Shown piece after piece: positions 37,452 to 47,453 of a stretch of 64,000 nt of DNA. The notes beneath the pieces were generated by a model. That model was not told where the DNA came from. It did not search any database and saw only the letters and a program-made list of their open reading frames with translations. Source of the stretch: Candidatus Omnitrophota bacterium (lineage in GTDB: Bacteria; Omnitrophota; Gorgyraeia; Aquiviventales; Aquiviventaceae); NCBI GenBank assembly GCA_016206725.1, contig JACQRA010000088.1, positions 1,622 to 65,621 on the forward strand. The letters run 5' to 3'. The position numbers and the translations under genes are program-made. Positions within the stretch are counted from its first letter, which is position 1, and each line of letters starts with the position of its first letter.

Positions 37452-38977
37452 CGCAGTAGGCTCGTCACGAACTTCTGCAGCAGGATCGGATCCACCGGGT
37501 CGCGGTTGCAGACGATCTCCACCGCCAGGGCGCCGACGCAATTGCCGATAAACCCGACCAACTCCACCGGAAGTCGCCGGTAGACGCAGGGCGAGGCGAT
37601 GGCAAAGAGCGCATCGCCCGCGCCGGTGCGATCGACCACTTTCGTCGCCAACGCCGGGGTCTCCACGGCCTGAGCTCCGTCCGAGAGGATCAGCGACCCG
37701 CCCGGCCCGCGGCTGACCAGCATGGCGCCGGTGCGAAGGCGGGCTTTCACCTGCTCGGCCATCATCGGCAAGGCCCCGTACTGGCTGCCGGCCGCCAACT
37801 TCAGCTCCGGTTCGTCAATGCAGACGAAATCGGCGCGGGCATACTTGGTCACGGGGTTGAAACCGAGATTCGCGCTGTTGCTCTGGCTGTTGAGGGCCAG
37901 GAACGCCCCGCAGGTGGAGAGGAACTGCCGGAGAGGTTCCGTCATCAGGCCGTGCCCGAAATCGCTGACGGCCACCATGTCATGCGCCGGCTGCAGGCGC
38001 TGCAATCGCTCGTGCAGCGTCCGCTCCACCGGCTCAGGAATCGGGGCATCGTCGAGGTACTCCACCTCAAACATCTTGGTGAGGAAGTTCGGCTCCAGGT
38101 AACGGCGCTTTCGAATCGTGGGACGTTCCTCCGTGATGACCACTTCCAACCGGACGTTCGATTTCAGTTTGGATCGAATGAACGCCTGTTGTGCGGCCTC
38201 GGCGCCGAGGGCCGTCAGGAGCGTCACCTCGCGGCAGAACCCCGCGAGGTGATTCGCCACGGCCAGCGAGCCGCCGGCGAAATGCTCTTCGGAGACGAAT
38301 CGCGTCGAGACAATCGTTTCTTTTGGCGACTTCCCCATCGGGAAACAGTAACAGTACTGATCCAGAATCGCCTCGCCAACGACCAGCACCCGCAAGTCCT
38401 CCAGGCGCTTGAGCGCGTCGATGACCTGCTCGGCGCGGTAGCGCTGACGGAAGGCCTGGAGGTACTGTTGGGTGTGGTCGGGATAGGCGCTGAAGAAGCG
38501 GTTGAGGATGTGGCTCGAGCTGAATGCCTCCTCGTTCGTGAAGACCAGCCGACCGCCCACCGCCTTGACCGCCGCTTCTTCATCCACGATCCGGCCCGTG
38601 ACATCTGAGGCGGCCTGCGCGTAGTCCTGGCCTTTCACATACACGTGGGGCTTGAGCCGCTGGATCGTTTCCACGGCGGTCGGCCACTCGTTGAGCGCCG
38701 CGTAATCCACGGTTTCCAAGGCCGCGATCGACTCCAGCCGGAGGCGTTGGTTGAACACCGGCCGGCCGGGGCCTTTACGGACGAATCGGTCCGGCGTCAC
38801 GGTGACTACCAGGAGATCGCCTTGTTTGCGCGCTTCCTTGAAATGGAGGATGTGCCCGGGATGCAGGAGGTCAAAGACACCGTGGCAGTGGACGACCCGA
38901 CGGCCGTCAGCGCGGGCCGCCTCGAGAATCCTCTGCAACTCGCCCAGTGCTTTGATCTTCTGGTCGTTGTCCATCAT
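37448..38977 (-). CDS. Bifunctional cytidylyltransferase + PfkB-family kinase (HldE/RfaE-like, transferase domain first)
   Basis: HCHGVFDLLHPGH, KGPGRP, YVKGQDY; C-terminal VVGEAILDQY, SDFGHG, VDRTGAGDA. Confidence 0.85.
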   Translation of the reverse strand: MMDNDQKIKALGELQRILEAARADGRRVVHCHGVFDLLHPGHILHFKEARKQGDLLVVTVTPDRFVRKGPGRPVFNQRLRLESIAALETVDYAALNEWPTAVETIQRLKPHVYVKGQDYAQAASDVTGRIVDEEAAVKAVGGRLVFTNEEAFSSSHILNRFFSAYPDHTQQYLQAFRQRYRAEQVIDALKRLEDLRVLVVGEAILDQYCYCFPMGKSPKETIVSTRFVSEEHFAGGSLAVANHLAGFCREVTLLTALGAEAAQQAFIRSKLKSNVRLEVVITEERPTIRKRRYLEPNFLTKMFEVEYLDDAPIPEPVERTLHERLQRLQPAHDMVAVSDFGHGLMTEPLRQFLSTCGAFLALNSQSNSANLGFNPVTKYARADFVCIDEPELKLAAGSQYGALPMMAEQVKARLRTGAMLVSRGPGGSLILSDGAQAVETPALATKVVDRTGAGDALFAIASPCVYRRLPVELVGFIGNCVGALAVEIVCNRDPVDPILLQKFVTSLLR

Positions 38978-39978
38978 GAGATCATGGCCGCGGGTGAGAG
39001 ATGCTCAAACCACGTCCGCGTCGCCTGCTCAATCGTTTCCGGCGTCCAGACGGGCGCGTCGCGCCAATCCTCTAGATGCTCTAACAGACATCGCACACCG
39101 GTCTCAAAATTGACGCGAGGCTCCCAGCCCAACGTTCGGCGGATCTTTGTGGTGTCAGCGAACGTGCAGTCCGGCTCTGCCGGCCGTTTGGGAATGTGGA
39201 CGATCGGACCGCCGAGCAACTCCACGAGCCGGTTGACCGTCGAGGTGGAGCCGGAGCCGACGTTGAACACCTCGCCGGTGACCTCGGACGTCGCGGCCCG
39301 CAGGAAGGCTTCGACGACATCCGTCACGTAGGTAAAATCCCGCGTCTGCGAGCCGTCCCCTACGACGGTGAACGGCTGGCCCGCCAGCTTCTGCGCCAGA
39401 AACACGCCGAAGACGGCGCCGTAGGCGCCGGAGGTCCGGGCCCGTGGGCCGTACACATTAAAGAGGCGCAACGACACCACCGGCAACCGATATACCTGCG
39501 CCCAGTGGAGGACGAGCTGTTCGCCCAACCATTTCGTCAACGCGTACGGATATTGCGGCCGGATCGGCGCGTCTTCAGGCGTGGGGTGCACGTCTGGAAT
39601 CCCATAGCAGGATGAGGAAGCGGCGTAGAGCAACCGCTTGACGCCGACGGCACGGGCGGCCTCCAACATGGAGAGCGTCCCTTCCACGTTCGCCCGGTAG
39701 TACGCCCACGGCCGCTCAATCGAAGGGACGATATCCGCCAGGGCGGCCAGATGAAACACCCACTCGGTTCCCGCCATCAGCCGACGAACTTCCGGCTGGT
39801 TGGTCACGTCCACCTGATGGATCACCAGGCGCGTCTGGTCTGTGACGGACGCCAGATTGCTGAGGCGGCCGGTGGACAGGTTATCCAGCGCCACAACCTG
39901 ATGGCCATCGGCGAGTAGCCGCTCGACCAGATGACTCCCGATAAACCCTGCCCCTCCCGTCACCAGCGTGCGCATCAT
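38974..39978 (-). CDS. NAD-dependent epimerase/dehydratase
   Basis: [42 protein letters not shown]. Confidence 0.88.
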   Translation of the reverse strand: MMRTLVTGGAGFIGSHLVERLLADGHQVVALDNLSTGRLSNLASVTDQTRLVIHQVDVTNQPEVRRLMAGTEWVFHLAALADIVPSIERPWAYYRANVEGTLSMLEAARAVGVKRLLYAASSSCYGIPDVHPTPEDAPIRPQYPYALTKWLGEQLVLHWAQVYRLPVVSLRLFNVYGPRARTSGAYGAVFGVFLAQKLAGQPFTVVGDGSQTRDFTYVTDVVEAFLRAATSEVTGEVFNVGSGSTSTVNRLVELLGGPIVHIPKRPAEPDCTFADTTKIRRTLGWEPRVNFETGVRCLLEHLEDWRDAPVWTPETIEQATRTWFEHLSPAAMIS

Positions 39979-41024
39979 CAGACTGTTCCGGCCAGCGCGC
40001 GCGGCCGAGCCGCGGCGGCGCGAGCCGGAAGCGTTTCCTCGGACGATTCACAAAAGATGATCCGACTGCCGCCGGTCTCGAACCGGAACGGCACGTGCAA
40101 CACGCCCCGCAGCGCGGCTTGCACGCGATCCTGCTCCTCGGGCCGCACGAATAATAAGAGGAAGCCCCCACCGCCGGCGCCGAGGAGCTTGCCGCCGATG
40201 GCACCGGCGGCTCGCGCCGTCTCGTAGAGGGTGTCGATCTGCGGCGTGGAAATCCGGCTAGTCAGACTGCGTTTCACCTGCCAGCCCTCATGGAGCAACC
40301 GCCCGAACGCTGTGAGATCGATCTCTTCCTGTAGAATCCGAATGGCTTCATCCACCATCTGTTGCATCGCGCGCAGCTCCGCGGTCTTCTTCGGCGTCGC
40401 CTGGATCTGGTCGCGGGCGATGTCCGAGGCCGTGCGCGAAAACCCCGTAAAGAAGAGCATCAGGTGTTCCTGGAGGCGCGTACGCCGCGTCTCATCGATC
40501 ATGACCGGTGAGACCTGAAAACGGTGGTCGGTCGGAAAGTCAATCCGATTGAATCCCCCAAAGGCGGCGACGATCTGATCTTGTGACCCCACAGACTCTT
40601 TGAGCACCTCTTGCTCGATGTGGATCGCCTCGCGCGCGAGCTGCATCTTGGTGGGCATCCGACCCTTGAGGCCATGAAGGGCGTGCAAGAAACCAACCGT
40701 AAAAGCGGAACTCGACCCTAGGCCCGTCCTGGCGGGCAAGTCTCCGTCGTGGTGGATTTCCAGTCCTTCCGTGATGTGGAGAGCACGCAGCACCCCCCGG
40801 ACCGCGGAGTGCTCGATCTGATCGTTCGATGCCACCGACTCGACCTTCGAGTAGACGATCCGGCTTTTGTGTTCGAAGAACGGCGGCAGATACCGGCAGG
40901 TGAGGTAGCAGTATTTATCAATGGTCGTCGCCAACACCGCGCCTCCGTGCTCCTGGAACCACACCGGATAGTCGGTGCCGCCTCCAAAAAATGAGATCCG
41001 GTACGGCGTGCGGCTGATGATCAT
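39978..41024 (-). CDS. hddA: D-glycero-alpha-D-manno-heptose-7-phosphate kinase-like GHMP kinase (copy 1)
   Basis: MIISRTPYRISFFGGGTDY, TGLGSSS, VGSQDQ, GGKLLGAGGGGF. Confidence 0.88.
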   Translation of the reverse strand: MIISRTPYRISFFGGGTDYPVWFQEHGGAVLATTIDKYCYLTCRYLPPFFEHKSRIVYSKVESVASNDQIEHSAVRGVLRALHITEGLEIHHDGDLPARTGLGSSSAFTVGFLHALHGLKGRMPTKMQLAREAIHIEQEVLKESVGSQDQIVAAFGGFNRIDFPTDHRFQVSPVMIDETRRTRLQEHLMLFFTGFSRTASDIARDQIQATPKKTAELRAMQQMVDEAIRILQEEIDLTAFGRLLHEGWQVKRSLTSRISTPQIDTLYETARAAGAIGGKLLGAGGGGFLLLFVRPEEQDRVQAALRGVLHVPFRFETGGSRIIFCESSEETLPARAAAARPRALAGTV

Positions 41025-42538
41025 GCTGCGACGGGCGCGTGCTGCCTTGTCAGCTTATGCGACGCCATCTGTCGGATGTGCGCCACGGTTTCTTCGCCGA
41101 ACTTCTGGCGGATCATCTCCAGGTACCTGGACGAGGTGAAGTACGTCTCGAAGGCGTGATCGCGAAACCGCAACACCTCCGCCCCTGAGAGGTAGTTCGT
41201 CGGCAGCGGCAGGGTGTCCACCGCATGCTGGGAGTAGCCGGACCACCGCTGCGGCAGCGGCCAGCCATTCTGAATGGCCAGTTCATACAGCGCGCTTCCA
41301 GGGTAAGACATACAGGAATAGAAATTGGCGAACTCACAGTTGAGCTCGAGTGCCAGATCGAGTGTTTCCTGCATCGTGGCGAGGTCGTCTTCGGGCAAGC
41401 CGAACATGTAGTTGCCGATCACGTAGATGCCGGCCTCCCGCACCCGAGTGATGGTCTTGGCGATGTCCTCTTGATCGAAGCCTTTCTGCACGTGATCCCG
41501 TACCCGCGCGTTGGCCGCCTCGATCCCGAACGCCAGCCAGTGGAAACCGGCACGTTTGAGCACCTCCACCATCTCTTCCCGCACCGTATCGACTCGCGCG
41601 TAGGCCCAGATGTTCAGATCGTAGCCGCGCGCGATGATGGCTTCGCAGATTCCGAGGACATGCTTGGGGTGAAGCACAAACATCTCATCCGCGATCTTGA
41701 CGTGCCGTACCCCGTACTGATTGACCAGGGTGTCAAGCTGTGCCATCACGGATTCGATACTCCAGAATCTGTAGCTGTTCGTCGTGGCTTTCAGTCCAAG
41801 CTCCTTTTCCCCACTCTTGAACGGAATTTGGATACAGCAGAACTGACAATGGAACGGACACCCAAGGGTTGTATATAAACTCGCATACGGCTGACGCGAC
41901 GGCTCGCCGAGGGCATGCCAGTTATGCGCGCGGTATTTTTCCATCGGCAACAGATCCCACGCAACGCCAGGCATCTCGCCGGCGAGGTCTTTGAGCAGGG
42001 GTGCTGCGGGATTGTGCCGGATGGCGCCGTCTTCGCGATACCACAGGTCCCGAACCTTCTGCAGCTCGGGATGCGGGGTCTTCAACGCCTCGATCAATTC
42101 CCACATCGTGTAGAGCCCCTCGCCGCTGCAGACGAAATCCCCTGCCTCCTCGCGCAGGGTGCGCTCAGGCAGCGCGGCGACATGACCGCCAACTAAGAGC
42201 ACGGCCTGCTCGGGATGACGCCGCTTGATTGCGGTGCAGATCGCCCCGGCCGCGGTCATGTTCTGGGTCGAGGCAGAGGGCTGGTGGCCGTAGACGACCA
42301 CGGCGATCAGGCGCGGTTTCATCGCGATGGCTCGCGCTGCCGCCGCGTCGGGTGTGAGTTCTTCAGCTTCGGCATCGAGAACGGCCACGGAGCAGCCTTT
42401 CCGACGGAGAAACGTCGCCATCAATCCCGCCCACACCGGCGGCTCAATCGCGGTCAACGTCGTGCCAAGCCCCTGATAGACCTGGGCGCGACTCCCCGGA
42501 TTGATCAGCACCACGTCGAGGTCCGGCGCTGCCCTCAT
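41021..42538 (-). CDS. B12-binding-domain radical SAM protein
   Basis: N-terminal B12-type domain (GGHV..LP), CPFHCQFC, ADEMF, WAYARVD, FGLPED. Confidence 0.88.
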   Translation of the reverse strand: MRAAPDLDVVLINPGSRAQVYQGLGTTLTAIEPPVWAGLMATFLRRKGCSVAVLDAEAEELTPDAAAARAIAMKPRLIAVVVYGHQPSASTQNMTAAGAICTAIKRRHPEQAVLLVGGHVAALPERTLREEAGDFVCSGEGLYTMWELIEALKTPHPELQKVRDLWYREDGAIRHNPAAPLLKDLAGEMPGVAWDLLPMEKYRAHNWHALGEPSRQPYASLYTTLGCPFHCQFCCIQIPFKSGEKELGLKATTNSYRFWSIESVMAQLDTLVNQYGVRHVKIADEMFVLHPKHVLGICEAIIARGYDLNIWAYARVDTVREEMVEVLKRAGFHWLAFGIEAANARVRDHVQKGFDQEDIAKTITRVREAGIYVIGNYMFGLPEDDLATMQETLDLALELNCEFANFYSCMSYPGSALYELAIQNGWPLPQRWSGYSQHAVDTLPLPTNYLSGAEVLRFRDHAFETYFTSSRYLEMIRQKFGEETVAHIRQMASHKLTRQHAPVAA

Positions 42539-43491
42539 CTCATGCGTTCTCCGTAGAGAATCACGCCGGCGGTCGCCACCCACAACAGCAGATTCACCAT
42601 CATCGGGCGGTCCGTCAGAATGCTCTGGGTCGGGTCTCCCCCTTCTTCCTTGTGATAGACCAAATAGAGGTAACGGAAGAACCCATACAAGACAAACGGG
42701 ACGGTCAGCAGCAGCCCTGGCGAACCAAATCGCCCGACGATCTCCTCGCTCACGGTGTAGAGCGTGTAGCTGACCAGTGCGGAAGCCGTGATAATGCCGA
42801 CCATCGCATCGAGAAACGGCAGAGGGTAATCCGTCAGGACTTGCCGGTGATTCGGCGCGCCGTCCTCGAGGAGCACGAGCTCATGGCGACGTTTGCAGAG
42901 GGCGATGAACAACGCCAACAACGTCGTGCAAATCAGCACCCACGCGCTCATCGTCACTTGGAGCACGACGGCCCCGGCAAGCACCCGCAAGAGATAGCCG
43001 GCTGCGACCACGAAAACATCCAGGATGACGGCATGCTTGAGCCTCCAGGCATAGAGCAGGTTCAGTCCCCAATAGGTTGAGAGGACAAGGGCTAAGGACA
43101 CGCTCAAGGCGGCCCCACCCAACAGACTCAGCAGCAACAACCCCACAACCGCGGCTCGGGCGATCCCCACACGCAGCAGCCCCGCGGCCAGCGGGCGGCG
43201 GCGCTTTTCCGGATGGAGGCGGTCCTGTGCGCAATCGGTGAGATCATTCAAGAGGTAGATCGAACTGCTGGCGAGGCAGAAACATCCACAGGCCGCGAGG
43301 CTGCGCAGGAGTGCGTCCAGGGAAAAGACGTGCGGCGAAAAGAAGAGCGGAGCCAACACGAAGAAATTTTTCACCCACTGCGTGGGTCGCAGCTCAACCC
43401 AGAGGGCCCGCAGCGGACCTGGTGGGGGAGGCCGGTTCGGCTCGGCCTGGCTCACAGGCGTTTCCAAGACCAGCGAATCAGGAGACATCAT
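42535..43491 (-). CDS. UbiA-family polyprenyl-phosphate phosphoribosyltransferase
   Basis: LRPTQWVKN, YLLNDLTD...DRLHPEKRRRPLAAG, LKH..ILDV, KRRHEL, GGDPT. Confidence 0.88.
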   Translation of the reverse strand: MMSPDSLVLETPVSQAEPNRPPPPGPLRALWVELRPTQWVKNFFVLAPLFFSPHVFSLDALLRSLAACGCFCLASSSIYLLNDLTDCAQDRLHPEKRRRPLAAGLLRVGIARAAVVGLLLLSLLGGAALSVSLALVLSTYWGLNLLYAWRLKHAVILDVFVVAAGYLLRVLAGAVVLQVTMSAWVLICTTLLALFIALCKRRHELVLLEDGAPNHRQVLTDYPLPFLDAMVGIITASALVSYTLYTVSEEIVGRFGSPGLLLTVPFVLYGFFRYLYLVYHKEEGGDPTQSILTDRPMMVNLLLWVATAGVILYGERMR

Positions 43492-43494
43492 CGG

Positions 43495-44541
43495 TTAAAA
43501 GGGTCCTTTGAACCGCTGCTCATGGCTGTAGAACGATTCGCCGCTCAGATCGGCCGGCTCAAGCTTCAGCATGTGCTCCGCGGTGCGGAGGATGCTGACC
43601 GCGTTGGGATAAAACAGGTTCTCCAGCGGCCGCGTGGTGGGACAGGGGACCTGCGCAAATCCGAGCCGTTCAACCGCCCGCTCCAAGATCTCGAAGCAGC
43701 GATGGCTGATGAGCGCCGCCGCCTCCGCCGCAAACCCGCAGAAGGTCCAGTCGTAGTCGGCGACGATGCACCGGCGCGTCCGCTTCACCGAATCGACCAG
43801 CGTCGCCTCATCCAACGGCACCACGCTACGCACATCCACGACCTCCAGCTCGACACCCCGCTTGGCCATGACCTCGGCGGCCTTCATCGCCTCGACCGTC
43901 ATCCACGACGTCGCGATCACCGTCAGGTCCTTGCCGAATCGCCGCACCGTCGCCTCGCCCAACGGCAGACGGCGGCTGCGATCCACCTCGCCCTCCACGT
44001 CATACAGCCATCGATGCTCCAGGAAGATGACGGGATTGTCATCGCGAATCGCGGCGCGCAAGAGACTGTAGGCATCCTGGGGCGTGGTGGGCAGAACCAC
44101 TTTCAAACCTGGAAAATGGCTAAAGAGACCGTGGAGCGACTTGCTGTGTTGGGCCGACTGCCCCCAACCCCGCCCAATGACCGCCCGGATCACCAGCGGC
44201 AGGCGAAGCTGCCCACCGCTCATGTAGCGGAGACTCGAAAGCATGTTGCCGATCTGGTTCATCGCCAGCAGCATAAAATCCGCCCGGATATGCACATGCA
44301 CCGGCCGAAGACCGGAGACCGCAGCCCCGATCGCCACACCGGTCATGCTCTCTTCAGAGAGTGGGGTGATAAAGCACCGCCGGTCTCCAAACCGCTCTAC
44401 CAGTCCTGCGGTGGAGCCGAAGATGCGCTTGTGGTCCGAGACGTCCAGGCCGAACACGAACACCGAGGGATCCGCGTCCATCTCATCGGCTAACGCGGCC
44501 GCGAGGGCATCCCGAAAGGTGGTGCGAGTCGCTAGGCCCAT
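43495..44541 (-). CDS. TPP-dependent E1 beta / transketolase C-terminal subunit
   Basis: FGDRRCFITPLSE, GLRPV, IGRGWGQSAQHS, PGLKVV, NPVIFLEHR. Confidence 0.88.
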   Translation of the reverse strand: MGLATRTTFRDALAAALADEMDADPSVFVFGLDVSDHKRIFGSTAGLVERFGDRRCFITPLSEESMTGVAIGAAVSGLRPVHVHIRADFMLLAMNQIGNMLSSLRYMSGGQLRLPLVIRAVIGRGWGQSAQHSKSLHGLFSHFPGLKVVLPTTPQDAYSLLRAAIRDDNPVIFLEHRWLYDVEGEVDRSRRLPLGEATVRRFGKDLTVIATSWMTVEAMKAAEVMAKRGVELEVVDVRSVVPLDEATLVDSVKRTRRCIVADYDWTFCGFAAEAAALISHRCFEILERAVERLGFAQVPCPTTRPLENLFYPNAVSILRTAEHMLKLEPADLSGESFYSHEQRFKGPF

Positions 44542-45566
44542 ACGTCGGTTGAGAGTTCAGCAGGGGACGCAAACGGCGCCTGTTGAGCCGCTCGAACGCT
44601 GCGAGTCAGTTGTTCGTCCACCGACAGGCGCAGCGCCTCCAGCTCGTGGTCGGTGACACCATCTTCACGCAGTGCTTGCTCAAAGCGCCGGACTGGATCG
44701 AGACGGGCTAACTCGTCCGGCGACGGTTTCTGGCGATACCCCGCGTGAAAATCTTCCAGGGGACCCACATGCTCGAGGAATCGGAAATAGGTCAGGTGCA
44801 AGAACCCCGGACGCGGATCGGTTTCCATCCGCTCAAGGAGTGTGTGAGCGGAGGTCATGACCGTCCGGAGATCGTACCCCGCCCCGCTCATGACATGACA
44901 GCGAAATCCCCGCACGACATCTGGAATGGAGCGGAATCCTTGCCGCTGGCTGGTCGGGATATGGATGGCCAGGTCGTTGTCTTCACACACAAAGAGGATG
45001 CGCAGCCGCTTCAAACAGGCGAAGTTCAGACTTTCCCAAAACGCGCCCTCTTCCACGGCGCCGTCCCCAAAGAACGACACCACCAGCGTCGGCTCATCGC
45101 GGTACTGATGAGCCAGCGCCGCACCCACCGCGAGCGGAATGGTGGTGGCGACCACTGCGGAGGTGGCGATCAACCCGTGCTGAGGAGCCGCCAGGTGCAT
45201 GGAGCCGGCTTTCCCTTTGGCCGCACCAATGGCCTTGCCATAGAGCTCGCCGAAGAACCGGTCGGTCTCGCCGGTCATCGCCAGATACCACGCGTGATTC
45301 CTGTAGGTCCCAAACGCCCTGGCGCCAGGCGGCGCCGCGTGGCAGACCCCCACCGCAATGGCTTCCCCCCCGATGCCGAGGTGGACCGGTGTCTTCATGT
45401 CATTGGTGGGGTATTCTTCGCGGATCTTCTCTTCCGCGCGGCGCACCAACAACAGCTTCCGGTACAGCGCCAAGGCTTCCGCGTGCTTCACGGAGGCCTC
45501 ACGGGCCGCTGGCGCCTCACGCAAAGTAGGAGGCGACGCTTTCTGCAGCATAGGCGATGTCGTCAT
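44532..45566 (-). CDS. TPP-dependent E1 alpha subunit
   Basis: PVHLGIGGEA, YRNH, GKAGSMH, TPP motif FGDGAVEEG...CEDN, RFLEHVGP. Confidence 0.88.
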   Translation of the reverse strand: MTTSPMLQKASPPTLREAPAAREASVKHAEALALYRKLLLVRRAEEKIREEYPTNDMKTPVHLGIGGEAIAVGVCHAAPPGARAFGTYRNHAWYLAMTGETDRFFGELYGKAIGAAKGKAGSMHLAAPQHGLIATSAVVATTIPLAVGAALAHQYRDEPTLVVSFFGDGAVEEGAFWESLNFACLKRLRILFVCEDNDLAIHIPTSQRQGFRSIPDVVRGFRCHVMSGAGYDLRTVMTSAHTLLERMETDPRPGFLHLTYFRFLEHVGPLEDFHAGYRQKPSPDELARLDPVRRFEQALREDGVTDHELEALRLSVDEQLTRSVRAAQQAPFASPAELSTDVWA

Positions 45567-46674
45567 CCGTCAAGTACTGATGCACGCCGAAGTGCAACCC
45601 CGTCTCTCCGATTCGCTCGGCGACGGGGAATTGCCCGAGACGATAGCCGAGGAAGGCCAAGGCGCGATGTTGGGTCGGCAATGATCCGAAGAGCGTCTTG
45701 CATTGAATCCCTCGGCCCTCCAAATGCTCATAGAGTCCTTCGATGGAACGCGACGCGTCTCGCAACACCAACGGAAAGGCATGGGGACAGATCACCTCAC
45801 CAGGCCCGTCCGGGTACAGGATCAGACGATCCTCCATCGGACGCAACAGCTCCCACAACCGCGCCAGATGGCGACGCCGAACGGCGAAGGTCCGATCAAA
45901 TAGCTCCAAGCCCTCAAGGCCGATCGCGGCTTCGAGGTCGTTCATCTTCGAGTTGAATCCCACTCGATCAAAGTGGAAGGCGGGTTGCCCGTCTCGGCGA
46001 CCATGGGTGCGAATCGAGCGGCACAGCAACGCCCACTCGTCCTCGCTGGCGGCGATCATCCCCCCCTCCCCGCTACAGATCATGTGAGCCGCATAAAAGC
46101 TGAAGAGCGCCATGTCGCCGAAAGAACCGACGACCTGGCCGTTCAACGTCGCCCCGTGCGCTTCGCAGCAATCTTCAATCACCGCTCGACGATGGCGCTT
46201 GGCGATGGCCAGGATGTCTCTCATTCGGCACGGCTTACCCATCGTGTGGACCACCTGGATCGCGCGCGTGTGAGGCGTGATGGCCGCTCCAATCAGGGCG
46301 GGATTGATAGTGAGCGTCTCCAGTTCGACGTCGACGAATTTCGGCGTGAGGCCGGCGGCTAGAATGCAGTTGGCGGTCGCCACAAACGCCAGCGCCGGCG
46401 TGATCACCTCATCGCCGCGCGCAGCCCCGCGCTCCAACAACGCACTCATCGCCACGATGCCGGCATCCGTCCCGGAGCTGGTTGCGACCGCGTGGCGATA
46501 GCCGAACGCCCTAGCAAACTCTCGCTCGAAGCGCTGCACATTCAGCCCTTCCGAAACCCAATGGCGGTCAAGCGCGTCGTTCAGCCATCGTCTGGCGGTC
46601 TCGCCGATTTCAATGTGACCGAAGGTTATTCGATAGGGCGTTTTGGGAGCCACACTCGTCACGGCCGTGTGCAT
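45517..46674 (-). CDS. DegT-fold PLP enzyme with His at the catalytic Lys position (ColD/RfbH-type 3-dehydratase)
   Basis: SSGTDA, EDCCEAHGA, SFYAAHMICSGEGG, GFNSK; start refined to ATG 46674. Confidence 0.8.
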   Translation of the reverse strand: MHTAVTSVAPKTPYRITFGHIEIGETARRWLNDALDRHWVSEGLNVQRFEREFARAFGYRHAVATSSGTDAGIVAMSALLERGAARGDEVITPALAFVATANCILAAGLTPKFVDVELETLTINPALIGAAITPHTRAIQVVHTMGKPCRMRDILAIAKRHRRAVIEDCCEAHGATLNGQVVGSFGDMALFSFYAAHMICSGEGGMIAASEDEWALLCRSIRTHGRRDGQPAFHFDRVGFNSKMNDLEAAIGLEGLELFDRTFAVRRRHLARLWELLRPMEDRLILYPDGPGEVICPHAFPLVLRDASRSIEGLYEHLEGRGIQCKTLFGSLPTQHRALAFLGYRLGQFPVAERIGETGLHFGVHQYLTDDDIAYAAESVASYFA

Positions 46675-46675
46675 A

Positions 46676-47383
46676 CTAATGGCTGCGCGGCTCGGCCAGC
46701 GAGATGGCCTCGGAGGTCTCGGGCAGCGATACCGCCGAGGCGTGGTTGGCCAACATGCGGTCAAGCGCCGCGGTTTGAACGTTCGGATTCGCAAACCCGG
46801 ATTCAGGCAGGACGATGAGACGCTCCATCGGCACCCCCAGGGCAGCCAGGCGGTCCAGGCCGCCGTCACCCCAGCGCAGCGAGGCGACAACCATCCGGTC
46901 GTAGGCGAAGGCGCCGATCTCGGCGACGGAGCGAACGGAACGACCAAGAAATTGCTGGCGGCTTGGGGCATCGTCCACTACCCCCACGAGCTCAAGTCCC
47001 ATTTCGTGAATCGTGAGAAAGGCAATCTCGGCCAACTCGTTGGTGCCGCACAGCACGATCCGCCGGTGGCCGGCCTTCGCGACCTGTGTGAGCTGTTCGC
47101 GCAGAAAGGAGCGGACGCGGCCGTAGAGCTGCAGAGAGTAGTGGATGAATTCGTACGTCAGGCGGGACTTTTCGAGGATGCCTTGCGGCGTGATCAGGTA
47201 CCGGATCCGGCTGCGCTTGGTCCCCGTAATCTTGATGTAGCCTTTCTTGGCCAGGCGGCGCAGCATCAGGTTGGTCAGACCCAGCGCCGCGCCGATCCGT
47301 TGGGAAAGTTCCCGCTGGGTGGCATCCGGCGAGTTGGTCACCTCGTTCAGCAGATGCATGTCCCGGTATGTGCTTTGCTTCAT
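46676..47383 (-). CDS. EPS-associated MarR-type winged-helix regulator with C-terminal Rossmann-like domain
   Basis: TQRELSQRIGAALGLTNLMLRRLAKKGYIK...YLITPQGILEKSRLTYEF; C-terminal IVLCGTNELAE. Confidence 0.85.
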   Translation of the reverse strand: MKQSTYRDMHLLNEVTNSPDATQRELSQRIGAALGLTNLMLRRLAKKGYIKITGTKRSRIRYLITPQGILEKSRLTYEFIHYSLQLYGRVRSFLREQLTQVAKAGHRRIVLCGTNELAEIAFLTIHEMGLELVGVVDDAPSRQQFLGRSVRSVAEIGAFAYDRMVVASLRWGDGGLDRLAALGVPMERLIVLPESGFANPNVQTAALDRMLANHASAVSLPETSEAISLAEPRSH

Positions 47384-47404
47384 GCGCCTCTTTCTCTGGG
47401 GGGA

Positions 47405-47443
47405 TGTTCACAGCGTGAACGGAAGCTGTTCAAAACATGAACA
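47405..47443. promoter_or_regulatory. Tandem palindromic operator boxes GTTCA-N5-TGAAC
   Basis: TGTTCAcagcgTGAAC (47405-47420) and TGTTCAaaacaTGAACA (47427-47443), 22 bp apart, between promoter and regulator start. Confidence 0.7.
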
Positions 47444-47453
47444 TATTGAAGAT

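Noticed and set aside
43495-45566. Housekeeping pyruvate dehydrogenase
   Set aside because: No E2 or E3 genes; the pair is embedded among NDP-sugar enzymes.
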